A model generated the notes under the pieces. It saw only the letters and a list, made by a program, of their open reading frames with translations. It was not told the origin of the DNA and did not search any database. A stretch of DNA of 27,121 nt from a virus (taxonomy: Duplodnaviria; Caudoviricetes): the IMG/VR virus record IMGVR_UViG_3300035661_000284, positions 1 through 27,121 of that record. One strand, written 5' to 3'. A program made the translations under genes and the position numbers. Positions 25,700 to 27,121 of the stretch are shown piece by piece. Within the stretch, counting starts at the first letter, position 1. The number at the start of each line of letters is the position of its first letter.

Positions 25700-26398
25700 T
25701 TACTCAGATACTACGTTAATAACGACTTGTAAACTTGGAACATCCAAAGATGTAAACATTGTGATATACGATTTTGTTTTAGCATTTTGTGCAACTTTTA
25801 CAGAATAATTACTTGCAGGAAGTTTTTTGATGTTTTCCATATCAATAATTATATTATGTACACCTGTGTTTGTTGCATCTGCAATCTTGATTTTAAAATT
25901 GTTTGATGATACTTTGTTCTGACCTGTAATTGTAAGATCGATTGAATCATCATTTGATGCAACAACAATATGCTCAAGTTTCAATAATGAAGATGTTTTT
26001 TTCAACTTTTCAAGAACTGCACTTTCTAGTTTGAACTCCATTGCTGATGGTGCTGCTGCAATATTTTCAGGAATTTTTGGGTTTGCTGAAAATGTCTGAC
26101 TCAATAGGTCAATGTTTGTTGTAAAATATTTGATTGAACTGTTATCATTTTTGATAGTAATAACACCATCATCCAATGTAACTTTTGCATTATCAATAAC
26201 ACCTAAAACTGATAGTAATTCTGAAAGATTAAAAATACCATAATCCTCAAATTCTTCTTCACCAAATTGTGAAAGATCAATAAATGCGACCATTGATTTA
26301 CCTGAATCTTGAATACCTGTAATTGGGTATCTGATGATTGCTGCTGTAGAAATTGATGCTAGATCACCTAATATCGCTTGTGTTTTTTTGCTTAACAA
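25700..26398 (-). CDS. gp45: T4 gp45-like sliding clamp; TTG start
   Basis: MLSK.T..IL.....I, F...GI..L.E.LS.L, N.K.LP..Y.V.V; size 232 aa; synteny with gp32/rnh. Confidence 0.8.
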   Translation of the reverse strand: MLSKKTQAILGDLASISTAAIIRYPITGIQDSGKSMVAFIDLSQFGEEEFEDYGIFNLSELLSVLGVIDNAKVTLDDGVITIKNDNSSIKYFTTNIDLLSQTFSANPKIPENIAAAPSAMEFKLESAVLEKLKKTSSLLKLEHIVVASNDDSIDLTITGQNKVSSNNFKIKIADATNTGVHNIIIDMENIKKLPASNYSVKVAQNAKTKSYITMFTSLDVPSLQVVINVVSE

Positions 26399-26474
26399 AT
26401 GTGCTCCTTTAACGAAATAAAAATTGTTGAGACCAGTTTAGATATTGGGCTCAATCACTTCTGTTTGTTGTGAT

Positions 26475-26493
26475 GATAATGATAATCATTATC
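26475..26493. promoter_or_regulatory. Fur box, exact 19-bp consensus GATAATGATAATCATTATC
   Basis: 19/19 match to the classical Fur consensus. Confidence 0.85.
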
Positions 26494-26511
26494 AATTAAA
26501 TTTTTTGAGTT

Positions 26512-26536
26512 AAAAAAAACGGATATTTCTATCCGT
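26512..26536 (-). terminator. Rho-independent terminator (copy 1)
   Basis: ACGGATA-GAAA-TATCCGT followed by T-run on minus strand. Confidence 0.85.
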
Positions 26537-26550
26537 CTATTATCATTATT

Positions 26551-26569
26551 GATAATGATTATCATTATC
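26551..26569. promoter_or_regulatory. Fur box, exact 19-bp consensus in reverse orientation
   Basis: GATAATGATTATCATTATC is the reverse complement of the consensus; extra ATTATC/ATTATT hexamers at 26539-26550. Confidence 0.85.
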
Positions 26570-26587
26570 AATTAAATTTTTTGAGTT

Positions 26588-26612
26588 AAAAAAAACGGAT
26601 ATTTCTATCCGT
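26588..26612 (-). terminator. Rho-independent terminator (copy 2)
   Basis: Same GAAA-tetraloop hairpin plus T-run, 25 nt after stop of ORF 26638..26922. Confidence 0.85.
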
Positions 26613-26637
26613 CTATTAAATATGTTTGTGAATTGTC

Positions 26638-26922
26638 TTAATTGATACGTGCGATGATTTGTTCTGATTGTTTTGTGATTACTTCTTTTGCAATACGTGC
26701 TGCCATACGTTTATCAGCACCTTGTAAAATTAAATCATCTTTTGCTTTCGCAATAAACTCATTTACAATTGATGGAATGTTACGTGTACATTCAATTTTC
26801 ATTATTTTACCAAATGCTTCTGCAATGTCAGAAACTGCTGTTCCTTCAATTAACTTTTGTGCATATGCTTTCAATTCTTTTTCTAAATCTGCAACGATAT
26901 TTGTGTTTACTGTGATTGCCAT
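26638..26922 (-). CDS. Hypothetical helical early protein
   Basis: GAAGGA RBS, own promoter and terminator. Confidence 0.75.
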   Translation of the reverse strand: MAITVNTNIVADLEKELKAYAQKLIEGTAVSDIAEAFGKIMKIECTRNIPSIVNEFIAKAKDDLILQGADKRMAARIAKEVITKQSEQIIARIN

Positions 26923-26953
26923 TTTAAAATCCTTCTTTCTTTTGATATGTATT

Positions 26954-26975
26954 ATTATAACACATTTAAACTTAA
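26954..26975 (-). promoter_or_regulatory. Early promoter TTAAG-N11-TATAAT
   Basis: TTAAGTTTAAATGTGTTATAAT. Confidence 0.75.
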
Positions 26976-27009
26976 TTTTCGATTAAAAACTTACAAGTTT
27001 TTAAATCTT

Positions 27010-27120
27010 TTACCAAACGAACCCAACTAATCCCATAATAGCACCGAATGGAAATGCAAATACACCAATAATTTTAAGAACAATTATTAATGTTAAGCCA
27101 CCACCTTTTACTGCGTAGAT
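27010..27120 (-). CDS. 3' end of a small membrane protein (…LIIVLKIIGVFAFPFGAIMGLVGFVW), truncated by window edge
   Basis: Hand translation; hydrophobic, IG.F..P.GA..G pattern. Confidence 0.6.
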   Translation of the reverse strand: MYAVKGGGLTLIIVLKIIGVFAFPFGAIMGLVGFVW

Positions 27121-27121
27121 T

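Larger units (their letters stand above)
26474..26618. repeat. Tandem duplication: two 69-bp units (period 76), each a Fur box plus terminator
   Basis: 26474-26542 and 26550-26618 differ at one base only (26484 vs 26560). Confidence 0.92.

Noticed and set aside
26474-26618. Possible CRISPR mini-array
   Set aside because: Only two long units separated by 7 bp, no unique spacers; units parse as Fur box plus terminator
7235-26986. Short overlapping ORFs in the track (7235..7483, 8939..9172, 11075..11308, 15417..15635, 19270..19473, 19541..19732, 20145..20348, 22669..22860, 23931..24242, 24190..24384, 24783..25124, 24994..25245, 25285..25536, 26642..26986)
   Set aside because: Nested in or antisense to better supported genes, no convincing RBS or motifs
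1-27121. tRNA genes, group I introns or inteins
   Set aside because: No cloverleaf, no intron-split core gene and no intein motifs seen by eye

Overview
Very AT-rich segment of a large T4-superfamily (Tevenvirinae/Eucampyvirinae-like) myophage genome. The host is probably a Campylobacterota bacterium, inferred from gene content and from TTAAG-N10/11-TATAAT sigma70-type promoters. Most genes are on the minus strand. Core T4-like genes are gp45 clamp, gp32 SSB, RNase H, gp61 primase, DsbA/GapR-like, gp13, gp4, a short gp23/24 paralogue and gp2. Accessory genes include a UL9-like origin-binding helicase, a PD-(D/E)XK exonuclease apparently starting at ATT, a GIY-YIG homing endonuclease with about 8 tandem C-terminal modules, an Rnl2-type RNA ligase, a CCA-adding enzyme, a Cys-phosphatase, a secreted thermonuclease, an N-formylglutamate amidohydrolase, a late GNAT-like protein and a complete TonB-dependent outer-membrane receptor. 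The most striking unexplained signal is a set of perfect Fur boxes. Two exact 19-bp consensus boxes sit in a duplicated terminator+Fur-box unit just upstream of gp45, and a perfect 7-1-7 box abuts the promoter of the CCA-adding enzyme gene. Together with the phage-borne TonB-dependent receptor, this suggests an iron-sensing or Fur-titrating phage programme. All assignments come from reading motifs by eye; no database searches were run.
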